This document shows positions 48,496 to 63,630 of a stretch of DNA of 64,000 bases, piece by piece. The stretch is from Somniosus microcephalus (Eukaryota). The stretch is taken from assembly GCA_052327205.1 (NCBI GenBank), contig CM126228.1:31186001-31250000 (forward strand), written 5' to 3'. Below the pieces are notes generated by a model. It searched no databases and was not told the DNA's origin. It saw only the letters and a program-made list of their open reading frames with translations. Position numbers and translations under genes: made by a program. Within the stretch, counting starts at the first letter, position 1; every line of letters begins with the position of its first letter.

Positions 48496-50785
48496 TTTTT
48501 GCTGCGAGTGGAGGGAGGTCTGTGCAATGTGACTTCACTCGGCATGCTGAGTAACCCAAGTGATTTGCTTTAACCGCTAATGACCAAACCTCGACAATTC
48601 TGAGGGTGGTGGTGGGAGAGTGGGGGGGGGGGGGTGGGGGCAGATCAGATCATGTTTTACAACGCGGCTTGGCGATCTTTAAACAACAACAACCAAACAA
48701 CAACAAAACAAGCCCCATTAAGAGGATATAACTCAATATTACACCACCTGCACTGCATCAAATCCAATGCGATTTTGCAAAGGCTGCTTGTAAAAGGAAG
48801 GCGTTTGCATTGTAGCAGAAAGTTTGGTGCATTCTTCCTCTGTGTGTCTTTAATGTCTTTTTTGGAGGGGGGTGAGGGGTGTATTTGTAATCGGAGACGG
48901 AGCGTGTGAAAGTATGCGTTCAGCCGGCTGGGCTGAGTGTCCTGTTAGCAACCCAACATGGCGGCGTGTAATATGCTGCCGTCTCCAGGCGAGTTGTAAT
49001 AGGAAACACATTTCAGGCCCCCTCCACCTTCCCCCCTTTGCCATTTGTGTACAGAGCGGCTCCAATAAAACTATTAGCAGCAGGATATATGTATCGGCTT
49101 ATTTATTTATTTTTTTGCAATCGTAAACCAGAGCGATCCAAAGGGGGGGGGGGGGGGGGGGGAATGAGCAACCTCGGGTCTGACGGTGGAAGTGCAGTTG
49201 TTTTTTTGCTGGAGACGACCAGATTTTATCCCTTGCAATCCTCGAGGTAAAAAGGCCCGGCGTTTCACGCGATCCTATTGTGGTTTGACATTTAAATATG
49301 CAAAAATCGCTAGCCCCAATTCAATCGCCTTTCAGAGGGTGAAAAATATTGGCTGCACTCAAAATCAACAAAATAATAATGTACATTTGCATAGATAGTT
49401 GTCCCTTTAATAATCTATTTGCATTTCCACGCTCCACACAACATGCTCCCCACTTCTCCGGTTCAAATCTTATTTTTTTTAAATCGCACAGACCGAAAGG
49501 GTTAAATTCAGTCTGGTGCTGCTCAGCCTTAATGGTGCGAAGACAAAGCTAAAAAAAAGAAAAGACACAAGTGATTTAACAAAGTTTGGATCCGCCGTGG
49601 CATCGACTTAAGGGAAATGTATTTACAGCTTTTTGAGACACAGACACGCTCAGAATCCTAAACCCCTGCGAGCATTTATTTATTTAAGCTGGGCTGAAAG
49701 TTGCTTCAGATGATTTTCCCCCCATTTTCTCGAATTTCAAAGCCTCCCCACTGCGCTGTTACCTAATTAATGGTGAAACGCAACTAAATCTAATTACTCA
49801 GTAATTTTAAAGTACTTAAATGTGGGCGTTGGTTGTAACAGGATTCGAGTTGGGGGGAAAAAAAAGTTCACTCGAAATGTGTGGCTGTACAGCCTCATTC
49901 AATATAAATGTATTTAAAAAAGCATCGCTAGAATATTCTTTACAGATCAGGCTTTTAAAAGCCCGTGGCGTAAAACACACAAAGGGCGACGTTAAAGAGA
50001 ATAGATGTGATATCTTGCAAAAAATTGAGTTGTATATATTGAAACGCAAAATTCATTTTAATGCAGCGCTCAATGCAAAGATGATTGTCATTATACTCAC
50101 AACCTCAAAGGGACTGGAATGCAATTTTGCAGCAATTTGTATCATGGTTCTAGGGGGCTGATTTTAGTTGACAACGCGTGTGCTGGGTTTGAACTCTATA
50201 ATTTGCACTTATGTCCCCGTATTAGGAGCGTACAGCGAACTAATGAGCTCTTGCTTAGCCGAATGTCACATTTATTTATTTTCTGCTGCGGAAAGTTTGA
50301 GAAAGAGCGCAGTCCCAGCGCTTGGTGATACAGCACAAACACACTTCACCCCTCAAGAAAGGTTTTTTTTAAAAAAAAATAGGAAGTGTCAACTGAAATG
50401 GCGACGCATTCTGCCACTTACCTCACACTTGTAAAATGGAAACATAATCAATACAAAAAAATCGTGTAATCATGAAACTGCGCACACACACAGTGGTAAT
50501 ATATGTTGACTTTAAAGCGGTTTGTAAAATACTGACATTACAAGAGGCACGAAAACGTGAACAAACAACCGTCTGGATTTTAAATAAAGTGCAATTCTCC
50601 ACTGTTTCGGGATACGGCGAGTCACAGCATTCCACTAGCTAGGTTCAAATACGTTTTACACACGTTTTTTTTGTTGTTTTTCCCTTTTTTTTCTCCCCAG
50701 GAGGTTGTCCATCTTAACCAGTTTTACCTTTTCAGAGAAGATGGCATAAATCTCTTGACAAGAGAGCTGTTACTGATTACATTGT

Positions 50786-50787
<2 letters not shown>

Positions 50788-50819
<32 letters not shown>

Positions 50820-50833
50820 GCGCGCGCGCGTAC
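50788..50833. repeat. (CA)n(CG)n compound microsatellite
   Basis: About 15 CA units running directly into about 7 CG units. Confidence 0.9.
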
Positions 50834-53800
50834 TCTGCTTTCTGTGCAGAGCAAGCTGAAGTTTGCAGTCAGAATATTTTCATACCTATATAACCTGTGA
50901 AATGTTAACCGCATTGGGAAAGAAACATTGGGCGCTCTGCGTTTTATCAGAGCACTTACACACTATCTCAGCTAAGGTGTGTGATTGAAAACGATTATCT
51001 TGACGTGCCAAAAAAAAGGCTGTTATATTGGCATTCATTTCCATTTTTTGAATATATATAAGTTTGAGGCGATGAAGCACTTTTTAAAAGTATGATAACC
51101 AGACCACTACTAACTTGCCCCTATACTGCTCCGTTTCTAAGTTTATGCAATCAGGCACCCCACGCTCTCTCTGAAAGCATTTAATAAATGTCTATTAAGG
51201 CGCTACAAAAACGAGATAAATTTACTGGAGCTACTGCCTAACAGGAAACAAATGCTAATGATGGATTCACCATCAGGGATTCGCCTTCAACTCAAGCAGA
51301 CTGTTCTACGCGGCCCAGTCCTCCAAAACTCAAAGCTTCGACACTATTTATTTTCAGTTCAAATTGACATTTCTTCGGAGGGGAATTAATTTATTGACAA
51401 CCCCATGGAATAATGTTTCCCTTCTCTACAATCTTTGCTGCTCCAATTTTTCTTCATAAACGCGTGATTTGCGAATTCTTTTGTGCAAACTTTTGCAGGC
51501 TTCATTGAGATGTCTCTGTTCTGCTTGTCTGTCAAGTTATCTCTGTGCACACAAAGAAAGTGCTTCTAAATGGACTTAGAGCTCAGCGTGTGTGCTCTCT
51601 AAATGTTAGAAAATTGTGCCATCTACCCGTTATTCACAGAATTGTCACTTAAGGACCTACTTCGAGTTTCAACCACAAGTTAAACACGACAAGAGCAGGA
51701 ATGATTCAAAGTGGGGAAAGGTTATATTATTTTAATACCTGCATACCAGCGAGAAGTTAACCTCTTTACATGTTTTTCTCTGTTTCCCATCATTACTTAT
51801 CTCCAGCTTTATTAAAACCCGTCCTAGATTACCCACCTGTTATACACAGATCTCGGAAGGTTCAGTGTAATACATATTACGCCAATCCTCGCCATCCACA
51901 ATGGAAAAGGTTGAGGCAAACATCTCCATAATTGTATTCTGGCACTTATACTCACAACTGGATTACTAAAAGTTTGAGGACTATGTAAATTGCTCAGATG
52001 CTAATATTTGATCACAGATAAAGGCCTAAAGAAAGAAATTCTGTTATAACACATTTTGCTCCAACTTTATGATGGGACATCCCTGCTTTGTCCCCTGGGA
52101 CCGGATCAAGCTCCTATCTGAAAAATGCAACGTTAGTTTCTCAAGGTGTGGAAAAGTGTGAAATAGATACATACACACGTGTAGAATCTTGCACAACTCC
52201 GCACACATGAATGTAATTCGAAGGTCATAAGGGGATTACATCTGCCATACTCAACAAACAAGTCTTTAAACAAACCATCCATACTTTATTAGAAATGCTT
52301 GCCTTTTTTGTTTTTATTTCCACGGGTACTTCTATTTCCATTCCTCTGTTGGGGAGGAGCACTCCATTGTGGATTGATTGCTATTAAACACCAGCAATCG
52401 TTTTTACAGGAACCGGTGTCAACACACAGACAAGTGCACTAACTCGAGTACATTACTAATGAATGCCAGTTTTGTAACTTTAGCGTTGAGCAGAGTTCCC
52501 ATTCTACACCATCCTCGCAAACTCCGCAACTGGTATCTGAGCACGCAAGACTTTTCATCAGCACAAAGCTAGCAGATAAAAGCCGTTCCTCCAAGTTTCT
52601 GCAGTTGTACATAACATTGCAGTAAAATAACACAGAGTCAATAATTAAATAGGCACTCGGGTTTTGATGGGGTTTGCAATCAAACAATCATTTTATGCCT
52701 GTTTGTAATTGATATACGAGATGATGTGAATGCTCGGCAAATACAACCTTGGTTGTTAACAAAAGTTGTTGGTTTGTGAGTAGTTCCTTGCTAAAGATGA
52801 GGCTGATTATATCATTGCTATGCAGCATAAATAAGACGTCCTGGGAGCCCGGGTCAACCATCGATCCCTTCCAATGTAACGAAAGGACGGGTTAATTTTG
52901 TCTCATTAGCATTCCCATTGCACGACCCTACAGATTGACAACTCACCCAGATGCATCTGCTCTGTGCTTATTTTAAAAGCTTTTCCCCAATCACAAAACA
53001 CGAGTCTTATTTCCATACTTTTTTTTGCCTCCTTTTTCTTTTTATTACTGGTAGAGACACACCAACCCATTCAATCACCCCCTTTTTTCCTCATTTATTT
53101 TTTAAATCTCTTTTCTTCCCCCTTCCTTTATTCCTTTTTGTTTATTCCCTCCCTTTTTTCTATTTCTTTCCTCCCCCCCTCTTCCCCGAGCTATATTTCG
53201 TCCTCTCATCACACCCGACCCTTCCTCTCTATAGCTCAGTGCCTTGATTTTTTGTTGCCCTGTGTAATAGACGAGGTATACTCGACACCAAAGTGACAAA
53301 GTTCAGATTGAGGGAGAGAGAGAGAGAGGGGAGAAAAAACCCAACTCCAGTGACGAACAAAAGGATGCCCGGGCTTGGAAACTATAACAGGAATATGAAA
53401 ACCGCAGTTTGGACTGGTGTATGTATGCGTGTGTCTGTGTGTGTCTGTATGTATGTGTGTGTGTGTGTGTGTGTCTGCGTGTGTTTTAAAGGGTTCCTTT
53501 GAACTGCCTTTGTGCTGAGTCGGCGCTGCTTTTTGCCAATGCAAGTCACGGTCATACGAACTTTGTGTTAACCTCTCATGTCGAATGAATCTTTTCATTT
53601 GGAAACCCATAAATCTCATTCCGTAGCTCCTTTTGTGCCGCACGCTACGACTTAGTAAACCAAGTGTGCGTTCAACAACAACAACAAAAAATAAAGTAGA
53701 AAAAAAGTTGCAACCGATAAAAAGTATAACTTTAAACAAAAAAGATTCCAGTGTAAAGTGCGGAACTGGCTGTTCACAGGAAGGATCGTGGAAGCGATCG

Positions 53801-56800
53801 GAATGGACACGGAGCTCTGCACACACATAACACAGTAAGCAAGCTATTTTCTAAAAAGCTCCTTCAAGGTTTACACGGAGGCGATGATTTATCGTTTTGA
53901 GACGGTCATTATTTTGGTGAATTTCAAGTAGTTAGGACCTGCTGTGATTTGAGCCAAGTGGGTAGAAATGGGACGGAGGGCTGGGGGGTGAGAGAGAGAG
54001 AGAGAGGGAGAGAGAGATAGAGGGAGGTGGAAAAGAAATTCATAACTGGTCATTTAAAAAAAAGGATGTTTGTGAAGGAGACCAACAGCGACACACACAC
54101 ACACACACATGCACGAAAAAGAATATTTAAACTGAAGTTTATGTCGAACTGTCAGCAATTGGGGTTGGGGGAAGGGCCTATAAATGTTGTGCATGCGCGA
54201 GAAGGAATGAGTGGGGAGAGAGAGAGAAAGTTTAACATTAGCGCATCTGACCTGCAAAACTCTCCGACTCTAAATGGAAATATCAGGATCCCATTAAACA
54301 ATGACTGGTACACTGGTCATTCCCGTACTGTGATGAATTTGTGTGTGTTATGCTTGTAAGTGAGTCTTTATTTGGGGTGGCGGGTTTCAGTTTGATTTTC
54401 AACCTTATCATTAAGTTATTGGCAGCGACTGTCGGTTCGTTCTGTAGGGTTGGAACCTATTGTAGCGCGCTGTGCTTGCAACCGCAAAATGCTCTGTGGA
54501 CAGCGTGTCGACCATCCGCTGGGTCGTGCGGTATTGCAATTAGCATTTATTTGCTTTTCTTCCCCTCTTCTTTTTTTCTTTCTCTTCATCTTTCTTCTCC
54601 ATCCTTTCCTACCTGCGAAGGTTTCATTATTAACGCTTTCTCTCTGCCCCCCCCCCCCCACCCCGCCACACACACACACACACACACACACACACCACCT
54701 ACCCACCCCCGCCCTTTTCCAATCTTTCTATCATTCGCCATCATGGTGGGACAGCTGTGCTTATCACTACCGGTACAGGAGGATTCATCCGTCTTTGAGT
54801 GTCCCACTCAGAGTGTTATTAATTGCCACTACAATGCTGGTGATTTTTAACTAATAACGAAGTTGTAAATTAACGCGTTCCTTCAAATATTTCTAATTTG
54901 TCAACACTGATTGATTTGATTGATACTCTCTTGTATAGATAATGTTGCAAGCATTATATTTGCTGCGGGACTATTAAAACAGACTGGTTGTTTCCTATTA
55001 TGAAAAACTTAATGACACAAATGTATGTTTTGTTTTTTTGTTAGTGGCATCATCAGCCCAACCTTTAGATAAGAAACGATTACAGGACTAAAATCTCCAC
55101 AGTCTAAAACGCCAGTTCATTCTGCGCGGCTGTCCATTACAGTGAGTGGTACAGTACCTATAAAGTTAGATATGTATTTGTTTACATAGACATTTACATA
55201 GCTCGTTCACCCGATACTCGTCTCGATCAATGTACGTTCCAATATATTTATTTAAAAACCCTAGGTGCAGTATAGCCGCGCTGGTGCTTGAATACGGCAT
55301 GTTGAACACCTGGAAGTCAAGAGAATACTGTTAAACTTCGACCTCTGGTCCTTTGGTTTTTTCTTTCGGGATCAAGCCGGGGAGAGAGTGGTTTGAATCG
55401 TCTCAAAGGATGGTTAAAAAGCCCGAAAGAATAGCACGCTCTGATGATGAACTTACTGCCAGCGTTAAGCCTTTAAGCCCTTTGGCGCATTCTGACACTT
55501 TCTATTGGAAAACAGTAAATAAGATTTGCAAAGTTCTCTCGTTCTATGAACACCTATTGTTTCATCCTAGTTCCACCGCCTTCTCTAAATTCTGCCAATC
55601 TAAGTTTATAATTTTTTTTTCCAAATGTGCCCATTTATGTTCCTCATTGCTTGAAAGCCAAACAAAAAAACTTTCAATTCGCACGAATTTGGCGAATCTT
55701 CCATATAAATCAGAAACGAGCAGGAGCCTATTTTATTTACCTTATCAACACTCGTATTAGGAGTATAAACGTGCTTGTGCGAAACAAACTTTCTACAGAA
55801 ATTAAATTTAAATGGAAGTTGCAACCCCTATGAGACCTTATATATATATGAGGAATTCAATCTGCCGAGTATTGTGATTCGCCTTTAAATAGGTTGTATT
55901 TGTGTGCATGGAACCTTTGTCTGGGTTTGGGAGCAAAGCTTTTCAAGCAGACCCAACGATAGTTCAGGGTCACTGGCAATTTACTGTCCTATTACTATAA
56001 AGCATAGCACCGCAAAGTATTCAAGAAATAAGAAAATTGGAATGCCTGCTAAATACTGCCTTGACGTTTTCGTCTCTCACAACCTGAAGAGTTCAGTTCC
56101 TTTAAACGGAAATATATTGGGACATTTCAGCGACACAAATGGCGCACAATGCACATTCACATTATGAAAGGAATATTTTGCCATGTCAAAAAGCATAACT
56201 TATGCAGAACACACTTGAACAGTAAACAATTTCAAAGGCATAGATCGTCGAAATGCATTTAAACGCAGAAATGCTTGTAACAATCATGACATAAAACGCA
56301 TTTCAGGCGACTTGCTGGTGCACTGGACTGTATTAGAAGCACCTCATATGACTGCATGAGCCATTTCAGCAGTAAGGATAACTCGGCTGTGCTAACGTGC
56401 ATTGGTCTAAATAATGTCCTGTTTGATCGAAACAAATTTATTTATTACAAAAAAGCATAACCTTTAAAACATGACAACAGTCTGCAGCACTCTTCAAACC
56501 TTTGAATTAAAAAAACAGTGGGTGGACTGGTGTGATTCGTTTGTCCATCTCGGTAAATATGGTCTGATGAAAATGTTAAATTGCTATTAATTGTCCAGAA
56601 AGCAATGTGAAAAGAATCTATACATCAGATCCAGCAGAAAATCTAAACTTCTAATATCATTAGGCGGGGAGACAGAATAAGGCGTCATATGGCGATATAG
56701 CAAGTAGTTAATCCTTGTAGCATCCCTTCAAATTTGGTTATAAAATCAGTGGCCAGCAATAATTTATTTACAGAGTGACTCACACATTTTGTATATTGAT

Positions 56801-59800
56801 GACATATTCTTCAACCACATCTGTTTACTGCTTTCCAATAACATGCAGAATCTGTAAAACATTTTTTAAAAATCACACTGAAGTCTTCACGGATTTTCCT
56901 TTTACAGATTGCACAAAAAATAATCTTCAGAAAAATCTTTGCCAAAATATGCAGAATATTTATTTGAATGTGTGACAAGCCGTGCAAGTGTGGAAATATA
57001 TCTGCTGGTGGTATGATGGTAGAATCACAATTAAATAAGTTTCATACTTCTGCTTACTAATTGAAAATTGTATGTTAAATGCAACAATCAAATGAGGCTG
57101 AAATGATATCTCCTATTCTCCCGAATTATAAAAACAGGGTTATGTTACAATGAAGTACCCAATTAATTTGCTACACTTAACCGATACTTATTCCAAAAAT
57201 TTACCATTATGGTATGGGATAGGTATCCGATAATAGGAAAGAAGCACACGAAATCATTGAAATCATAGCATGGCCCTTTCTGGCTAGGAGTCGATTTAAA
57301 TGTAATACTATAGGGTAATATTTAAAACATTTAATCCCCAGTATTACTTATCGTCGTTTTAGTTTGACACACTGGCTATAAGGCTCGAGTAGCGTGCTAT
57401 TTATGTGTTTATTTGGAGTTATTTATTTGGCAATAAAAATCTGATTCACTTGTTAGGCAGATCATTTTATTGTATCAATACTTCACCCAGGCACGACTTC
57501 TAAGCGATTAAAAAATGGCTGCTTTGTGGCAGATTATCAACTGCCTCCATTCCGTGGACGCGGATAAGTGGGACTATTTATTGCAAGTGTTAATAAATAA
57601 TTTCAGCCAGTATTTTTTTCAAGTATTATGATTCGTTTTTTATACACATTTAAGAAAAAATAATTAACCGCGTTGGATTTAAAATGGGTGGAATAATATG
57701 TATCTGCCGAGCATTTAAAAACAATTTCATTTACTGGGTATTAGATTATTGCAGATATATCAGGGAAATAGGCAGGGCAGGTTATTTGCTTTAATGAATT
57801 GACTGTGCTGAACAGCTAGCCAAGTAGGCTGGCCTATATAGTTGCAGTACAATCAATGATAGTGGAGATATATTTAATATCCCAGCCTATATTGATCTTA
57901 GATACTGCATGTATTATATTTTTTCCTGTGCAATGATATATTTATATATGGATATACATATTGTATGTATATCTGGAATATCGGTTCTATCTCTTCTGAA
58001 TGTCCTTTGGATTGACCCCACACCTCCGACCCCTTTCCAGTGTGGCGCTCCACAGACACACACATACACACACACACACCTCAGTGCTTTGTGCGTTTTT
58101 TTTTTAATAAGGCCCGTGTTTTTTTTAAATTTCTGTTTTTTTTTCTCTCTCCCCCGAAGATCCGACGATTAAAGCAAGCTCAGAGTGAGTAGATTAAATC
58201 GGATCTGAGGTTGGGATCCCGGCCTAGCACGTGACTCTGAACAATTGCATTTATTACAATATCAGGACAATCAAACATAAACCAAGACTTATTAAAATAT
58301 CGAACACACTGCATTCATTTGAATGGAAACGGGACAAATCATTAAGATCGAGGTGCTACTGTAACGCACGATTAATATTTCATATTACAGTACATTGTTC
58401 AATATATTAATAAACTAACATGCTTGCATGTTTATTTTAGAACTAGATACGATGGCACTGTGCTTATTAATCATCGCGAACATAATAACAATTGGGGGCT
58501 GTGGGGAAATTTGCAACATCTTTGATTTAGCATAAAGAAACGGTAATGCAAAAGTTCTGAACCTTGCAGTTCCAGAACCTGTAAGGTGGAGAACTGATTT
58601 GATTCAGCGATGTATTTTATAAATATGTCTTCCGAAATGGACGCAGTGACTTGATGCTATATGCTGTTGCAGTCTGTTTGGATGCAGTGATTCTTATGCA
58701 TATTTGCAGTGGTCCAGTTAGTTCACATTCACTAGATTATTTCATGAAATACTGTACGAATTAGACATAGATTGATTCCAGAAAGTATTCCAAAGTCAAA
58801 TCTAAAACTAGCTGCAGTAAAATTTGCATTAATACAGCAAAGTGGCTTTATCAGTCTAATGAAGAACTGGAACAGAATTGTCATTCCCTCTGAGATAAAT
58901 AACACCTAAAAAGATGCCCAAAAAGTAGTTCCGCCCTCTGTTCGTAATTGCAAATCTTTCGACACTCTCCAACACTTAGAAAAGAATGCAAATGCTCCTT
59001 TTCAATAAAACGATGTGCGATGATTTACAACCTGTATAGCCACGTCCGGCTAGATTTAATAAGTCCCAACTTTAATAAGTGTCGATATTGCAGTGAATTT
59101 AGTTCTACCTTTTAAACATTTTGCATTGTCAAAAAAATCGCTGTGTTCTACTGTATTAAATATCATCTGAATTATTAGGAAACTTGATGCACAAAAAAGG
59201 CCTGACTTATATTCTGTATCTGGTACTTTAAAAATGACAAATGTCTTGCCAAATGTAGAAAATCTATTCCATCTGGATCTCCACAATTACTCATTCAGTG
59301 AAATGCGGCTGGAAAGGTCTGACGGCGCGTCACATAAAATAAATTTGTAATGTAATAGCAAAAACGTAGGGATAATTTGCTGCTAATCGTCTTGTAGCAT
59401 GGTGCCGGAGAGGAAATCAGCTGTATAAAGAGTGGAACCGGCTTGAAAAGAAGAGAAAAAAGTTTATAATTAGCGTTGAGACATAAAGCATCATATTTTA
59501 AAAATCTTTATGTTGGAGTGCTATGTGTTTCTTGTTTTATAGTCCAGGGAGAGTTGGATAAGTGCCTGACCACTGAATTAATAATGGCCAGTTTCTAGGC
59601 TGCCTGTTCTGTTGGAGCCGGGTTTTATACTGTAATCATTAGCAGCCCCTCTGGCTACATGTTTTGCATCGGTGTAACACTATGACACAGTTGTAATACA
59701 AACTCCTCAGTCTTGCTTTGCATTTTGTGGCAGGAAGTTTAACAGCAGTAGAATTCACCCTTACACTCATAGTATAAAAGTAGCCATAAAAATTGCGACC

Positions 59801-62800
59801 CACTACAATAGTCAGATGTGAGAAATAAATTGTTGGTATATTTATCAAACATTTTTGCATCAATCATCCTTCAATTTGTATTGAGGAATAGATTGAATAT
59901 ATGCTTTAATAAACATTATACTTTGGGAAATATATTTCTGATTTTTTTAAAAAGCATTCACTTTTACATCTTTTATTATGGATTGTTAATGGAATTAATT
60001 GGGATTATATAACTTTGTCATTAACAGTTAAAGTACTAAGACTTCGAGCAAAGGAATATTTTAATGTGAGCAGTTCGGGATCAGCACGTCAAAAAGGATG
60101 CTGCTGTTGGTGTCTAATAAAAGGTTCAATAATTTAATGAAAAGTTACAAAGGGTAACGATGTGTGTGTCATGTTTGAGAGACTGTTTGATCTGCTCCCT
60201 GCTTTTGGAGTGCACATCCCACGAATGACAGCGGGGTGGCGCTAATATCTGTGGTTTTCCTGCTGCACTTTCAAGATGGTGCAGTACAATCAGGCACAAA
60301 AGAATCTTACATTACTGCATTTGTTTGGGGTCCATAAAATGTGATAAAATCCCACATGTATTTTGCACATCTTTGTAAAATAAATTTGTGTTGAACGCCA
60401 CATAATTTAACTATTGTAATTCCAACCAGTGATCGCTGCAGTAAAGAGTTCCGCAGATTAAAAGTTCAAAATATTATTTTATATAGCAATAGTTGGGAAC
60501 AAACCTTTGCGGAGAAAGCGATATTTTGCACAAAGGGGTTTCCTTAATTTGATCTTGTCTTTTTCTTCGATTGCGGAGTATCTGACAAACTATGGAGTCT
60601 CTGAGCTTAGCCAGATTATGATTTTAACTTTGCTTTGTTTTAATAAATACCAGAGATTAGAAACTGCGCTCGTCTATTCAATATAACTGCACAGCCTTTA
60701 CGTGTAATGATTGCTTTTACATTTTTTTTGCCTTTTAAGACAAACAAATTACCTCAGCTATAACGTGTTGGAGAAAACACAAATTAAACTGTAAAACAGG
60801 CCCTGCATTGAAAAATATAACATGTCGGTCCTTTCATTGTGAAATTATTTTTATTTACTAAAAGTTTAGCAAAAGCGTAAGTATTTAATTATAGAATAGT
60901 AGCGAAATAACCACAATACATTAATTATCCCCCGAAAAAAATAATCTTTTAGTACCTGGCGTTTTACCTCGCTGTTGGCACCCTGTTTGCAAATGAAACG
61001 ATTTACACGTCGTTGCTTGTTATATATATATATTTTTCAAGACTTATACGGGAGAATGTGAGCAAAGTGGTGCAGGTGAAAGTTATGTGACGACAAGATT
61101 GTCAAATAATTGGAGCTATAGTTAAATACAATTGTATTCATAAACTGTTCTGAATGTGTTAAATCTGAGTTAAAATAAGATATTTGGAATACTTGTAAAC
61201 AAACCCATATGATAAGAAAGGCCTTTCCAGCTTATAGCTGGTATCATTTAATATTTGTTTTGTTCAACTTCGTCAATCGGGCAGTATTAACCACCAATAA
61301 ATGTAAAATACTTTAAGCTATGAGTATAATTTCTCGCATTGAAGAATTGTTTGATTTCAGTATGAGTTCGCATTTATTACCACACAAAGCCACCCATGCG
61401 ATTCATTTTGCGGTATAATCACGAAGTTATCATTTTACATTAGACCGATACTGACTGATATAAAATTGTCGCACATCCATTTTCCTTAAAACCCCAGCCT
61501 TATGCTCCTGTTATTTGTTTTATTTTATATGGTATTGTGATGAGCCTTTAGGAGAATCTATCCGCGTTAATACCCAGTCAGGTACTAGGAGGCGCTGGTT
61601 CCTGAACAAAATGATAGGCTCTAAAGCTCAGTTCTTTGTCTAGGTGATATCTGTCGAAGGTAATACCAAATTTCAAAATTAAATTCTTGGCAACGAAAAT
61701 CAACGTACCTATAATTGTAAAAAAAAAATAGATTGCATCGTCTGGTATTATTTAAAACCCTACTTGGTTGCAAAATTAAATTAGATATACCTACGGCGTC
61801 TTATCAAACAACCTTCGCTGAATTACATGCATGCTTTGGAAATTAAAAATTGTCAAGTTTTTATTTTCAATTTAAAATATGGACGTAGCGTTATAAATTA
61901 AAAGTGAGAAGGCGATATCTACATTTTGCTTGCAGTTTGCCAGTACAAAATGAACTGAAGCGCATTCATTGGTGTATCTGTTTCGTTTAATATTATACGT
62001 CGAGAATGTTGTTTGTCTTGTGAAATTAAAAGTGACATTTCAGCATCAAAATCTCTTAAATGTAATAAGTGAAGTCGTACCACGGATTCGTCCGAGGTCC
62101 TGATAAATAAACCAGGAAAAGGCGAAAATGCTAATCAATGAAACTATGTTTTCTCCACGACGTTTAGGGAAATGATAGATTGTAATTGAAAAGAGCTGAT
62201 ATAACAGTGAGCACCAATCTAACCGTCCCAAACGGGTATCAGGCAATAAACTCTGAGCGTATGCACCATTACAACCTACGATTAAACTTTTGAATGTGTC
62301 GCATTGAGTTAAATGTAAGGAGTAATCAAAAGACTTTTCTCTTTTTTTTGGAAAAAGTGAGAAAAACTAATTCGCATATAACTCTTTTACACGTTAAAAT
62401 GGGGGGGGGGGGTGCAATTTGGAGCCAACGGTGCTGACTGATTACTTTTGATCATTACAATTAAATTATATGCTATTTAGAAAAAAAGTTAGTGAAGAAG
62501 TAAATGCGGGAAATTTATTGTGCAAAATTGATTAAATACTTGTTAACGCGCAAATATAATAGTTTGCACCAAAAATATTTCTTATATTCAAAGTAAATTT
62601 GTATTTGCTGCGTTTAACTAAATTGCAGTTATGTTGCAAGGAGGGGGGCCGTTGTCATAAATTAATAATCCATCTACTTGTGATCCTTTATGGTCTGTGT
62701 TCTGGACGTAAATTTCATTGAAGCTTATAGCTCTCGGTGAATTTTCTAATTTCCTGTTTCCTTATAATCTTTGCAATTGTCAGGTTGTCACCGTCGCTGC

Positions 62801-63630
62801 ATCAATATAATAACGTCCAGAGCAAATCAATTTGTTCTTTGCGTTTTGCTCCTTTTTCAAAGGTGATTTCAGGTTATAAAACACGTTGTTTTCTTTACAG
62901 ATTTCAAGAAAATGGACAAACGGGGTGTTACATATTTTCTCCGTGAAATTATGTTTCATTCTCGATAATTTTACCTCATTAATGTGCAAAAAAGGTAAAG
63001 TGCTGAGAAAATACATTTAATCATTTTATTGCGTACTTGTTTTAAGTACTATAATTCAATACTGGCGCTATATTTAAATGAATCGTTACAAGGTTTAAAA
63101 GCAAAAATCAAATATATATAAATACAATGTTTTTCATTAAAATAAAGGGAATGGTTTGCCCAAATGCTTTAAAATAATTCAGCAGTGTAACACAATAATT
63201 GTATTTATTATATAATTGTTATCTTGTCAAATGATGTACGTTGCACGTAAACTGTACAGTCCTCCGCTACTTATAATAGAATAAAGTCTTTCGAGAACTA
63301 ATTCGCAACTTTTGGTGCCTTTTATTTCATTTGTAGATGATAAGTATGCGATTATGATTATGGGAGCTTAGTACTTTTTTTTCCTGAAGTTATCTTAAGT
63401 CATTTGTCCTATTGATATATCTTTCAAAAAATCCTTGACGGTAAGGTCAATTGGATGACGGAATGGGAAATCATTTTGCACACTGATGATTAAAACACGA
63501 AAGTTATCATGCAGGTCAGGGGAGGGGTTTCTCTCTCTATATTTTATGGTCAACTGATGTAATGTTCACACTAAAATCTCTACAATAAATGCAACCATGT
63601 TATTTGGAATATTTATGATGTTGACTATTA

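Noticed and set aside
53236-54854. ORFs of 110-196 aa downstream of NR2F2
   Set aside because: They run through (CA)n/(GA)n microsatellites, mostly begin at non-ATG codons and have no domain signal.
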